Made by a program: the position numbers and the translations under genes. A DNA stretch of 64,000 nucleotides, from positions 5,483-69,482 of the forward strand of contig DASXJY010000033.1 of the NCBI GenBank assembly GCA_036497115.1, given 5' to 3'. Below the pieces are notes generated by a model, which ran no database searches, was not told the DNA's origin, and saw only the letters and a program-made list of their open reading frames with translations. Positions 27,109 to 35,516 of this stretch are shown here, piece after piece; the first letter of the stretch is position 1; every line of letters begins with the position of its first letter. The stretch is from Solirubrobacteraceae bacterium (lineage in GTDB: Bacteria > Actinomycetota > Thermoleophilia > Solirubrobacterales > Solirubrobacteraceae).

Positions 27109-28132
27109 CGCCCGGCGCCTTGGTCGTGAGTGCCCCCGGTGCGCCCGGGTCCGGCCCGCCGGCCGCGAGCTGGCCGCAGGCCGCGGCGATGCCGCGGCCT
27201 CGGGTCAGCCGCACCGTGGCCCCGATCCCATGGCGCTCGAGCTGGGCCCGAAAGGCTTCGATCGCCTTGGGGCTGGAGCCCTCATACGGTGAGCCGGTGG
27301 GGTTGTAGGGAATCAGATTGACCTTGAACACGCGGGGGTCCAGCACCTCGGCGAGCTGGCCGGCCTGTGCGTAGGAGTCATTGACTCCGGCGAGCATCAC
27401 GTACTCGACGAACACGCGACGGCGCTTGCGCTCGTAGTAGCCGCGGCAGGCGGCGAGCACGGTATGAAGCGGGTAGCGGTCGTTTACCGCCATCAGCTGC
27501 GATCGCAGCGCGTCATCGGCGGCGTGCAGCGACAGCGCCAGGCGGACCGGCGCGGGATCGGCGCCCAGCCGCTCGATCCCCGGTACCCAGCCCACCGTGG
27601 AAACCGCCGTGCGCCGGTGGCTGATCCCGATCTCGGGGAGGCGGCGACAGGCCTCGAGCACCGCATCGAGGTTCATCATCGGCTCGCCCATGCCCATGAA
27701 CACGGCGTGATCGACCGGCTCCGAACGGCGGAAATACAGGGCTTGGTCGAGGATCTCCGACGCGGTCAGGTTGCGTCCAAAGCGCATCTGACCGGTGGCG
27801 CAGAAGCTGCAGGTCAGCGGGCACCCCGACTGCGAGGACAGACACAGCGAGCGCCGGCCGTCGCGGTAGCGCATCAGCACCGCCTCGACCGGCCGCCCGT
27901 CGGCGGTGCGCAGCAGCGCCTTGACCGTCCCGTCGCGGTCGCGCAGCTCCTGCTCCAGCGTCAGGCTCGAGAACGGGACCGCCTCCTGCAGCTTGGCCCG
28001 GAGTCGCAGCGGCAGGTCGGTCATGGCGTCGAACGAGCCCGCGCCCTGAGCGGTCCAATGCCAGATCTGCCGGCTGCGGTAGCCCGGTTCGCCGAGATCG
28101 CCGAGGGTTCGCTCCAGCAGCTTGAGATCCAT
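27086..28132 (-). CDS. rlmN: 23S rRNA (adenine2503-C2)-methyltransferase
   Basis: Radical SAM motif GCPLTCSFCATG, MGMGEP, SLHA, VNLIPYN, AACGQL. Confidence 0.9.
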   Translation of the reverse strand: MDLKLLERTLGDLGEPGYRSRQIWHWTAQGAGSFDAMTDLPLRLRAKLQEAVPFSSLTLEQELRDRDGTVKALLRTADGRPVEAVLMRYRDGRRSLCLSSQSGCPLTCSFCATGQMRFGRNLTASEILDQALYFRRSEPVDHAVFMGMGEPMMNLDAVLEACRRLPEIGISHRRTAVSTVGWVPGIERLGADPAPVRLALSLHAADDALRSQLMAVNDRYPLHTVLAACRGYYERKRRRVFVEYVMLAGVNDSYAQAGQLAEVLDPRVFKVNLIPYNPTGSPYEGSSPKAIEAFRAQLERHGIGATVRLTRGRGIAAACGQLAAGGPDPGAPGALTTKAPGGGGSAGG

Positions 28133-28153
28133 GCTCTCTATGGTGCCATCGCG
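28133..28153. promoter_or_regulatory. Candidate bidirectional promoter with overlapping -10 elements for rlmN and rluB
   Basis: Only 21 bp separate the two start codons. TATGGT (+, 28139-28144) overlaps CACCAT (-, 28145-28140); no SD for either gene. Confidence 0.5.
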
Positions 28154-28948
28154 ATGCGTCTGACGAAGTTCCTGTCCGGGGCCGGGGTCGCGTCACGCCG
28201 GGCCGCGGAGGCGATCATCCGTGCGCGACGGGTCACCGTCGACGGTGCGGTGGTCGACGACCCGGCGCACCCGGTGACCGTAAGCCAGGAGGTCGCGGTT
28301 GACGGGGCCCCCGTCCGGGATCCGGGAATCCGCGTCGTCTACGCGGTCAACAAGCCGCCGGGCTACGTCTCCACCGCCCGCGACCCGCAAGGCCGTCCCA
28401 CGGTGATCTCGCTCGTGCCCTCGCCGGTGCGCCTGTATCCGGTCGGCCGGCTGGACATCGACACCACGGGGCTGATCCTGCTCACCAACGACGGAGCCCT
28501 GGCCCACCGCTTGACCCACCCCAGCTTCGAGGTGCCCAAGACCTACGTGGCCGTGGTGGCCAGACCGCCGCTCGGCGAGGCGGCGCTGCGGGCCCTGCGG
28601 GAGGGAGTGATGCTTCAAGACGGCAGGACCTCCCCGGCGCGGGCCCGGCGCCTCGGCGCCGACACGCTCGAGCTGACCATCCACGAGGGCCGCAAGCACC
28701 AGGTCAAGCGGATGTGCAGGCAGGTCGGACATCCGGTGCGCGAGCTGCGACGAGTCGCGTTGGGACCGCTGCAACTGGGCGATCTCGGGCTCGGGAGCTA
28801 CCGGCGGCTGACCGACGAGGAGGTCGAGTCGCTCACGGACTCTGGATCAGCAGCTCGTCCCGACGCAGCCGCGTCGTCCGCAGCGCCGCCGCCACCGCGC
28901 TCGGCCGCAGCAGGACCGGGCGCGCCCCGGACATCTGAAGGATCGTGA
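28154..28948 (+). CDS. rluB: rRNA pseudouridine synthase, RsuA/RluB family
   Basis: S4 domain (RLTKFLS.AGVASRR), NKPPGY, catalytic PVGRLD, HPSFEVPKTY, EGRKHQVKRM. The start was trimmed to ATG 28154. Confidence 0.88.
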   Translation: MRLTKFLSGAGVASRRAAEAIIRARRVTVDGAVVDDPAHPVTVSQEVAVDGAPVRDPGIRVVYAVNKPPGYVSTARDPQGRPTVISLVPSPVRLYPVGRLDIDTTGLILLTNDGALAHRLTHPSFEVPKTYVAVVARPPLGEAALRALREGVMLQDGRTSPARARRLGADTLELTIHEGRKHQVKRMCRQVGHPVRELRRVALGPLQLGDLGLGSYRRLTDEEVESLTDSGSAARPDAAASSAAPPPPRSAAAGPGAPRTSEGS

Positions 28949-30398
28949 ACTGGTGCACCCGGTGCAGCGACTCCTCGTGAAAGCCCGGGACCGGATAGCT
29001 TCGCTGCAGCCGCGAGGGGATCAGGTTGCACGCGGCGCCCCACCAGCACAGATCCTCCTGGGGTGACCGGATCGAGATCACGTCGAGCTGGCCAACCCGG
29101 GCACCCCGCCGTCCCAGGTGGTGCAGGCGGGGGAGATACAGCGAAAGGGGCAGGAGCGTGCGGTAGTGCTGGATCAGGATTGCCCGCGCCTCGCTTCCGG
29201 AGGCCGGCAGCGGGCCCAGCGACCGGGCCACCGGGCGCCAGTCCGGTCGCTGGAGCCGGCGGTCAAACGCGACCCCGGCCACGGCGGCGATCCCGATCGC
29301 GCACACCACCGTGGCGGCGGCGATTCCCAGCCTCCCGGCGCGTCGCGCGCCCAGGCCGCAGGCGATCAGCAGGGCGGCGGGAAGCCAGATGGCGATCAGG
29401 TTGCGGGTGATCAGGTCGTCGACCCCGACGGCCACGAAGATCAGGCTGAGAATCAGCCCGCCGAGGGCCAGCCCGCCCGCCAGCAGCGCCGCGGCCCGCT
29501 CTCGCCGCTCGCCGCGCTCCAGCACCAGGAGGATCGCCCCGATCGCGATCGCCAGCATCACCGGCTCGAGCACCGCGTGGAGCGGAAGGCCGGTCCCGAT
29601 CAAGAACTGCGGGACGATCTGGCCCAGCCGCAGGGTCAGCGAGGTGGCGGCGATCCAGTCGTCGTGGCCGGTGGCGTTCTGGGCGACCGCCAGCGGGATG
29701 AGCCCCGCCCCGCAGAGGAGGACGATCGCCACCGTGAGCCACACGCCGCGGCTTCGGCGCTGGCGGGCCAGCAGCGCGACGGCTTGCGGCACGATCGCCA
29801 GCACCGCGTAGTAGTGGGTGGCCAGGGAGAGAATCGACGCCGCCGCCCAGGCGCCGAGAGCAACCGGCCGCGGCTGTTGCCGGGCATGGGCAAACGCCAG
29901 CAGTGCCAGGGCCGTGAGCAGCACCAGCAGCTCGTAGGAGCGAGCCTCCTGCGAGTACCAGACCAGCAGCGGGTTGCTGGCCGTCAGCGCCGCCGCCACC
30001 ATCCCCACCCGGCGGGTCGCCAGCTTGGCCGCGGCGCAGTAGGCGACCGGTACCACCAGCACGCCGGCGAGCGCCGACAGGGAGCGCAGCCCGGCTTCGC
30101 CGAAGCCGAACAGCCGCCCCCAGACCCAGGCCACGACGTAGTACAGCGGCGGCGTCGACTCCGACTGCGGGAGCAGCCCGATCATCTTGCCGGGCGAGAG
30201 CTGGACCAGGAGCGCCGTGTTGCCCTCGTCAAACCAGAAGCCCTGATGGCCGAGCCGGTAGAACCGCAGCACCGCCGCGACAGCGCTCAGGACGCCAACC
30301 GCGAGCTCGGCGCGGTGAGCCTGAGCGCGCCCCGAAAGCCCTCGCCGTTCTCCGAGAGCGTGATGCCGATCGCCGTGCGCAAGCGAGCCGACGCCCAC
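28833..30398 (-). CDS. GT-C fold glycosyltransferase (GT39/PMT-like)
   Basis: TM1 followed by LRFY.LG.QGFWFDE, STPPLYY, YSQEARSY; many TM segments. Confidence 0.8.
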   Translation of the reverse strand: MGVGSLAHGDRHHALGERRGLSGRAQAHRAELAVGVLSAVAAVLRFYRLGHQGFWFDEGNTALLVQLSPGKMIGLLPQSESTPPLYYVVAWVWGRLFGFGEAGLRSLSALAGVLVVPVAYCAAAKLATRRVGMVAAALTASNPLLVWYSQEARSYELLVLLTALALLAFAHARQQPRPVALGAWAAASILSLATHYYAVLAIVPQAVALLARQRRSRGVWLTVAIVLLCGAGLIPLAVAQNATGHDDWIAATSLTLRLGQIVPQFLIGTGLPLHAVLEPVMLAIAIGAILLVLERGERRERAAALLAGGLALGGLILSLIFVAVGVDDLITRNLIAIWLPAALLIACGLGARRAGRLGIAAATVVCAIGIAAVAGVAFDRRLQRPDWRPVARSLGPLPASGSEARAILIQHYRTLLPLSLYLPRLHHLGRRGARVGQLDVISIRSPQEDLCWWGAACNLIPSRLQRSYPVPGFHEESLHRVHQFTILQMSGARPVLLRPSAVAAALRTTRLRRDELLIQSP

Positions 30399-30534
30399 GC
30401 CAAAACGCTAGGCCGAGTCTGTGTCGACAACCACTAACCCGGGCAGGGTTAACTCCCCGTCCCAAGGCGCTTAACGAGATCCCAACTCATCCCGTCGGCC
30501 CGGCCAACGCTCCGAACGGCACTATCTTCAGTCC

Positions 30535-32058
30535 ATGCTGCAGGATTCAAACCAGCCGGAGAGCCCGGTAAAGCTTGCCTCGGGGCCGATCGCCGGGGCC
30601 GGCGCGAGCGCTGGCGCCGGCGCGGCGGCGGGACGTGGCGAGGGAACGGTCGCGCTGCCGCGGCTCGACGCCTCGGGCCTGCGGGCATCGCTGCCCCGGC
30701 TCCGGGTCCGGTTCGGCCCGCGGGCGGGCAAGGCCGCGCTGGCGGCGCTGATCCTGGCCACGTTCGCGGTCGTGGCCTGCGCCGCCTCGGGTCCCTCGAT
30801 CCTGGTGCCGCGCAGCGTGCAGACGTTCCCGAACTGGGAGGCCGGTCCGCTGCACGATTTCGTGACCCGGGTCATCCAGGATCCCCAGACCCTGGGACTG
30901 GCGTTCAGCGGCGTGCTGGCCGCGATGGTCGTCGCCTACGGGATCGTGCTGGCCTCGGTACGGACGCTGTCGATGAAGACGATCGCGATCGTCGTCGTCG
31001 TTCTGCACGCGATCCTCCTGCTGAGCCCGCCGCTGCAGCTGACCGACCTGTTCAACTACCTCGGCTACGCGCGGCTGGGGGCGCTGCACCATCTGAACCC
31101 CTACACCCACGTCATCAAGCACGAGTTCTACGACCCGGTCTACCGCTTCACCAGCTGGCACAACCTCAAGAGCCCGTACGGTCCGCTGTTCACCGCGCTC
31201 AGCTATCCGCTGGCGTTCACGTCGCTGCCGGTGGCCTACTGGGCGGTCAAGGTCGTCACCGTCTTGATCAGCCTGGGGTTCGTGGCCCTGGTCTGGCAGT
31301 GCGCGCGCCAGCTCGGCCGCGACCCTCGCTTCGCGGTCGTGTTCGTGGCCCTGAACCCGATCTTCCTCCTCTACGCGGTCGCCGGCTTCCACAACGACTT
31401 CTTCATGCTGGTGGCCTCGATGGGGGCGATCTCGCTGATCCTGGCCCGGCGTGACCGGACCGCCGGCGCGCTGCTGATGATCGCGGTGGCGATCAAGCTC
31501 ACGGCGATCGTGCTGCTGCCGTTCCTGCTCCTGGGCGCGCGCAATCGGGCCCGGGCTATCAAGGTGGTCGTGGGAGCCGCGCTGGCCGCCGTCCCGCTGG
31601 TGGCGGTCAGCGTGCTGCTGTTCGGGCTCTCGATCCCCAACCTGTCTGACCAGAGCTCGCTGCTGACCGACTTCAGCATCCCGAACCTGCTCGGGCTGGC
31701 GATCGGGATCGGCGGCGGGGCGCCGGGCCTGTTGCGGCTCGCCAACGTGGCCGTTGTGCTGGTCATCGCCTATCAGGTGTATCGCCGGCGCGACTGGCTG
31801 ACCGGCGCCGGCTGGACCACGTTCGCGCTGATCGCCAGCCTGGCCTGGCTGGTGCCGTGGTACGTGGTCTGGCTGCTTCCCCTGGCCGCCCTGGCCACCA
31901 GCCTGCCGCTGCGCCGTACCGCGCTGGTCCTGACCCTGTTCCTGGTCTTCGCGTTCGTGCCCGCCACCTCGCTCTACTTCGCCAAGCACGGGATCAACCT
32001 GCTGTCGAGCTCGGTGGGCCAGGCGTCCAAGTCACGCCAACATAAGCTCGCCTTCTAG
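30535..32058 (+). CDS. Polyprenol-phosphomannose-dependent mannosyltransferase, MptA/MptB-like (GT-C)
   Basis: TDLFNYLGY, NPY, SPYGPL, LNP.......GFHNDFFM, AIKL, PWYVVW. Confidence 0.75.
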   Translation: MLQDSNQPESPVKLASGPIAGAGASAGAGAAAGRGEGTVALPRLDASGLRASLPRLRVRFGPRAGKAALAALILATFAVVACAASGPSILVPRSVQTFPNWEAGPLHDFVTRVIQDPQTLGLAFSGVLAAMVVAYGIVLASVRTLSMKTIAIVVVVLHAILLLSPPLQLTDLFNYLGYARLGALHHLNPYTHVIKHEFYDPVYRFTSWHNLKSPYGPLFTALSYPLAFTSLPVAYWAVKVVTVLISLGFVALVWQCARQLGRDPRFAVVFVALNPIFLLYAVAGFHNDFFMLVASMGAISLILARRDRTAGALLMIAVAIKLTAIVLLPFLLLGARNRARAIKVVVGAALAAVPLVAVSVLLFGLSIPNLSDQSSLLTDFSIPNLLGLAIGIGGGAPGLLRLANVAVVLVIAYQVYRRRDWLTGAGWTTFALIASLAWLVPWYVVWLLPLAALATSLPLRRTALVLTLFLVFAFVPATSLYFAKHGINLLSSSVGQASKSRQHKLAF

Positions 32059-32100
32059 GAATCTCCTCGGCCACCCAGCCGAGTTGTTAGCTTCGCTGGC

Positions 32101-33759
32101 GTGCGAGTCGAATTAACGCTCGACGCGGCGGATTCCCTTCCCGCGCCGGCGCCCACCAAGGCGCCGCGGCGGCGGCTTGACCCGTTCGAAATCGGGCTGC
32201 TGGTGGTGTTCGCCGCCCTGTCGATGTGGGTCGTGGCGCTCGACCTCTGGCAGGTCGTGGCCCACGGCTGGGTGTGGACCGGGACCGATGGGTTCTTCAT
32301 CGTCGACCAGATGCAGTATCTGGCCTGGATCCAGTCCGCCTCGCACCATCTGCTCGCCGCCAACCTGTTCGTGCTTCGCCCCACGCCGAACGATTACCTC
32401 CAGCCCGCGGTGGCCATCTCCGGCGCCGTCGCCGCACTGGGGGTGGCGCCGTGGCTGGCGCTGCTGCTGTGGAAGCCGATCGCCGTCCTGGGCACTTTCC
32501 TGGCCATCCGCGCGTACTGCTACCGGACGCTGGAGGGACGTTACGCGCGCCGGGCCGGGCTGACCCTCGGACTGCTGTTCGGCTCCTTCAGCGTCGTCTA
32601 CGGCACGTTCGGGATCGTCGGCGACATGATGCCCGACTGGCTGTCGTGGGGGTATCCGTTCGGGCTGATGGCGGTGGCGCTGATCGTGTTCGCGCTGCTC
32701 GGCTACGACCGCGCTCGTAGCGCCGGCGAGGTGGTCTGGATACCCGGGCTGTTCGGCGCGCTGGCCAGCGCGCTGCATCCGTGGCAGGGCGAGCTGATGA
32801 TCCTGGTCATCGCCGCGGCGGAGCTGATCCGCTGGCGCGAGCACCGCACGCTGTCCAGCCTGCGCCTTCCCCTGCTCACTCTCCTGCTGACCGGTCTCCC
32901 GCTGCTCTACTACCTGGTCCTGGGCCACGCGGACCTCTCCTGGGACCTGGCGCGCCAGGCCAGCAAGCACGAGTTCTCCTTCTGGTCGATAGCCCTGGGG
33001 ATCGCCCCGCTGGCGATTGTCGCGCTGCTCGGCTACCGCGGCCGTCCGCGCGACTTCCTGGAGCTGATGAGCCGCCTTTGGCCATTGGCCGCCGTCGCGA
33101 TCTACTTCATGTCGGCGACGGCGCTGAGCGCCACCCCGCTGCACGCGTTCGACGGTCTGACGATCCCGCTGGCGATGCTGGCCGTGGCCGGGGTGCAGCG
33201 CGTCCGGCTGACCGAATTTCCGCGGGCTCGGCTGGCGGGGGTGGTGGCGATCGCCCTGGGGACGATCCCGGCCAACGCCTACGCCCTGGCGGTCGCGCAC
33301 CAGTACACCGATCCGACGCCCGGCAACGCCAACTTCATCACCCGCGACGAGCGCGACGCCCTCGCCTATCTGGAGCGTAATCCCATCCCCGGCGGGGTCC
33401 TGACCCAGTTCTACCTCGGCGAGGCCGTCCCGGGGCGCACCGGCCGGCACACCTTCGTCGGCGACTGCCTGTGGTCAGAGCCCCACTGCATCCCGAGGTC
33501 GCTGGCGGCCGACGCCCTGTTCGACGGGTCCCTGTCGCCAGGCGCCGCCCGGCGCTTCGTCCGCGACAGCGGCGCCCGCTTTCTGCTCTTCAGCTGCGCG
33601 GCACACACCGACCTGCAGTCAGAGCTGCGGCCGCTGATCGCCTCGATCAAGCGCTTCGGGTGCGCCACCGTGTACGAGCTCAGGGGAGCCACTGCGGCGC
33701 GGGGAGCTCTGGCAGAATCACCGACCGATGCGGCTGTTCGCGCTCCGAGGCGCCAATAG
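32101..33759 (+). CDS. Polytopic membrane protein, probable GT-C fold glycosyltransferase
   Basis: TM1 then GTDG...DQMQYLAWI, about 12 TM segments and a soluble C-terminal domain; adjacent to two other GT-C genes. Confidence 0.5.
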   Translation: MRVELTLDAADSLPAPAPTKAPRRRLDPFEIGLLVVFAALSMWVVALDLWQVVAHGWVWTGTDGFFIVDQMQYLAWIQSASHHLLAANLFVLRPTPNDYLQPAVAISGAVAALGVAPWLALLLWKPIAVLGTFLAIRAYCYRTLEGRYARRAGLTLGLLFGSFSVVYGTFGIVGDMMPDWLSWGYPFGLMAVALIVFALLGYDRARSAGEVVWIPGLFGALASALHPWQGELMILVIAAAELIRWREHRTLSSLRLPLLTLLLTGLPLLYYLVLGHADLSWDLARQASKHEFSFWSIALGIAPLAIVALLGYRGRPRDFLELMSRLWPLAAVAIYFMSATALSATPLHAFDGLTIPLAMLAVAGVQRVRLTEFPRARLAGVVAIALGTIPANAYALAVAHQYTDPTPGNANFITRDERDALAYLERNPIPGGVLTQFYLGEAVPGRTGRHTFVGDCLWSEPHCIPRSLAADALFDGSLSPGAARRFVRDSGARFLLFSCAAHTDLQSELRPLIASIKRFGCATVYELRGATAARGALAESPTDAAVRAPRRQ

Positions 33760-34093
33760 CGTCGAGGCCAACGACGCGGACGCGATTCTGGCCGCGACGG
33801 ATGCTCTGATCCGGGAGCTGATGGAGCGCAACGCGCTCGCGCCCGAGGCCATGGTCAGCTGCATCTTCACGCTCACCGATGATCTCGACGCGGAGTTTCC
33901 GGCCGTGGCGGCCCGCCGCCTGGGGCTCGACCGAGTGCCCCTGCTGTGCACCCGCGAGGTGCCGGTGCCGGGCTCGCTGCCGCGGGTGATCCGGACCATG
34001 GTCCACTACTACGCCGACGACGGCCACCAGCCCCGGCATGTCTACCTCGGCGCCGCGAAGTCGCTGCGGCGCGACCTCGACTCGGCACAATAG
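33728..34093 (+). CDS. aroH: Chorismate mutase, AroH class
   Basis: LRGA, FT.TDDLDAEFPAVAAR, PLLC..E..VPGSLPRVIR, HVYLG.A..LRRDL. Confidence 0.92.
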   Translation: MRLFALRGANSVEANDADAILAATDALIRELMERNALAPEAMVSCIFTLTDDLDAEFPAVAARRLGLDRVPLLCTREVPVPGSLPRVIRTMVHYYADDGHQPRHVYLGAAKSLRRDLDSAQ

Positions 34094-34102
34094 GCTCGAG
34101 TG

Positions 34103-35185
34103 ATGGCGATCGAATTCGGCCAGCGAATCAGGCGGATCCCCTCGTATCCGCTGGCGGCTGGATACGACCTCGGGGAGGACATGGCGATGCTGGCCTCCAA
34201 CGAGTCCTGCTTCGCTCCGGCCCCCGCCGTCCTGGAGGCGGCGCGACGTGCGATGTCGGCCGTGCACAGGTATCCGGACCCCTCCTACGCGGCCTTGCGC
34301 AGCGCGCTGGCGGCCCGCTACGGGGTGCCCAAGACCCGGATCGCTCTGGGCAACGGCTCCTGCGACATCCTGCTGGCGGCCGGCGAGGCGCTGCTGGAGC
34401 CCGGCGCCGAGGTCGTCTACGCGTGGCCCGCGTTCAGCGTCTACCCGCACCTGGCGGCCGCCTCCGGAGCGCGAGCGATCGAGGTGCCGCTGGACTCCGA
34501 GGACCGCCACGACCTCGACGCGATCGCCGACGAGGTGACGGTGGCCACGCGGCTGGTGCTGATCTGCAATCCCAACAATCCGACCTCGACCTCGTTGCCC
34601 CTGGCCGACGTGGAGGCGTTCCTGGCCCGGATGCCGCGTCACGTCTGCGTGATCCTCGACGAGGCCTACGCCGAGTTCGCCCTGGCCCTGGGCGACACCT
34701 ACGCCTCGGTCGAGCTGCTGCGCCGCTATCCCAACCTGGTGCTGCTTCGCACCTTCTCCAAGGCCTACGGGCTGGCCGGGATGCGGGTCGGCTACGGGCT
34801 GTGCGGATCGGAGGACTTCCGCGCCGCCGTAGACCAGGTCCGCCAGCCGTTCTATCTCAACATGGTGGCGCAGGCCGCCGCGGTCGAGGCATTGCGCCAC
34901 CAGGATGAGGTGGAGCGGCGTGTGACCCACACCGTCGCGGCCCGGCTCGAGCTGATGGACGGTCTGCGGTCGCTGGGATTGTGGGTGGCTGAGTCAGACG
35001 CCAACTTCATCTGGACGCACCTTCCCGAGGACTCAGTCGAGGCCGACGTGCTGGGTGGCCTGAGCGAGCGCGGCGTGCTGGTGCGCGCCGGTGCGGCCCT
35101 GGGCCGCCCCCTGTCGCTGCGCGTGACGGTCGGCACCGAGGCCGAGAACGCAAAGTTCTTGCAGGCCCTCGGCGAGCTGGTCTGA
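34103..35185 (+). CDS. hisC: Histidinol-phosphate/aromatic aminotransferase
   Basis: LASNE, RYPD, GNGS, CNPNNPT, DEAY, PLP-Lys motif RTFSKAYGLAG.R.GY. Confidence 0.88.
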   Translation: MAIEFGQRIRRIPSYPLAAGYDLGEDMAMLASNESCFAPAPAVLEAARRAMSAVHRYPDPSYAALRSALAARYGVPKTRIALGNGSCDILLAAGEALLEPGAEVVYAWPAFSVYPHLAAASGARAIEVPLDSEDRHDLDAIADEVTVATRLVLICNPNNPTSTSLPLADVEAFLARMPRHVCVILDEAYAEFALALGDTYASVELLRRYPNLVLLRTFSKAYGLAGMRVGYGLCGSEDFRAAVDQVRQPFYLNMVAQAAAVEALRHQDEVERRVTHTVAARLELMDGLRSLGLWVAESDANFIWTHLPEDSVEADVLGGLSERGVLVRAGAALGRPLSLRVTVGTEAENAKFLQALGELV

Positions 35186-35237
35186 GCCCGCGGCGCCGAG
35201 CGTCGGCGCCGCCGAACGAAACAGCTTGAACGAAGCC

Positions 35238-35266
35238 TTGGCAGTCACGCGGCGGTCTGGTACAAC
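35238..35266 (+). promoter_or_regulatory. Sigma70-type promoter of the aroF leader: TTGGCA-N17-TACAAC with extended TG
   Basis: -35 at 35238-35243, TGG at 35258-35260, -10 at 35261-35266; spacing is exactly 17 nt. Confidence 0.65.
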
Positions 35267-35278
35267 CCCGACCAGCGC

Positions 35279-35368
35279 ATGAGCGACCAGATCTCCACGC
35301 CTCGCAGCACCTCCACCGCCTGGTGCTGGTCGAACTACGCGCGCTTCTACGCCTGGCGATTTATCTAG
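35279..35368 (+). CDS. Putative aromatic-amino-acid leader peptide MSDQISTPRSTSTAWCWSNYARFYAWRFI
   Basis: 29-codon ORF translated by hand. It has 3 Trp, 2 Tyr and 2 Phe in the last 15 codons and lies directly upstream of DAHP synthase. Confidence 0.8.
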   Translation: MSDQISTPRSTSTAWCWSNYARFYAWRFI

Positions 35369-35516
35369 GCGCTCGGCCACAGCCCTCCGCACCCGCTGCG
35401 GGCGGGTCCGCTCGGAGGTCGGGCGCCGTCCTCACCCCGGTCACGGCTCAGTGACCCGCAGGCCCGGCACAGCGGGCAAATTCCGTACAGTCTCTTGGCG
35501 CAGAAAGGAACAGCAG
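35345..35516 (+). promoter_or_regulatory. Structured attenuator-like leader RNA of the aroF operon
   Basis: Hairpins at 35369-35426, 35439-35456 and 35462-35477. TTCTACGCC (35345-35353) is complementary at 8/9 to GGCGCAGAA (35497-35505), which overlaps the aroF SD. No U-tract terminator. Confidence 0.55.

Noticed and set aside
27086-28132. Possible Cfr-type antibiotic-resistance methyltransferase
   Set aside because: Diagnostic positions look RlmN-like (DGT.K, MGMGEP, VEY, NLIP, TRG) rather than Cfr-like (MGMGEA, IAY, NLIR, QFG), and the context is core genome.
27464-28153. 494-aa RluB fusion
   Set aside because: The upstream part is the antisense shadow of rlmN; the S4 domain begins at ATG 28154.
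35369-35480. Intrinsic terminator in the aroF leader
   Set aside because: Hairpins are present but no U-rich tract follows, so a classical terminator was not called; Rho-dependent or translational control remains possible.
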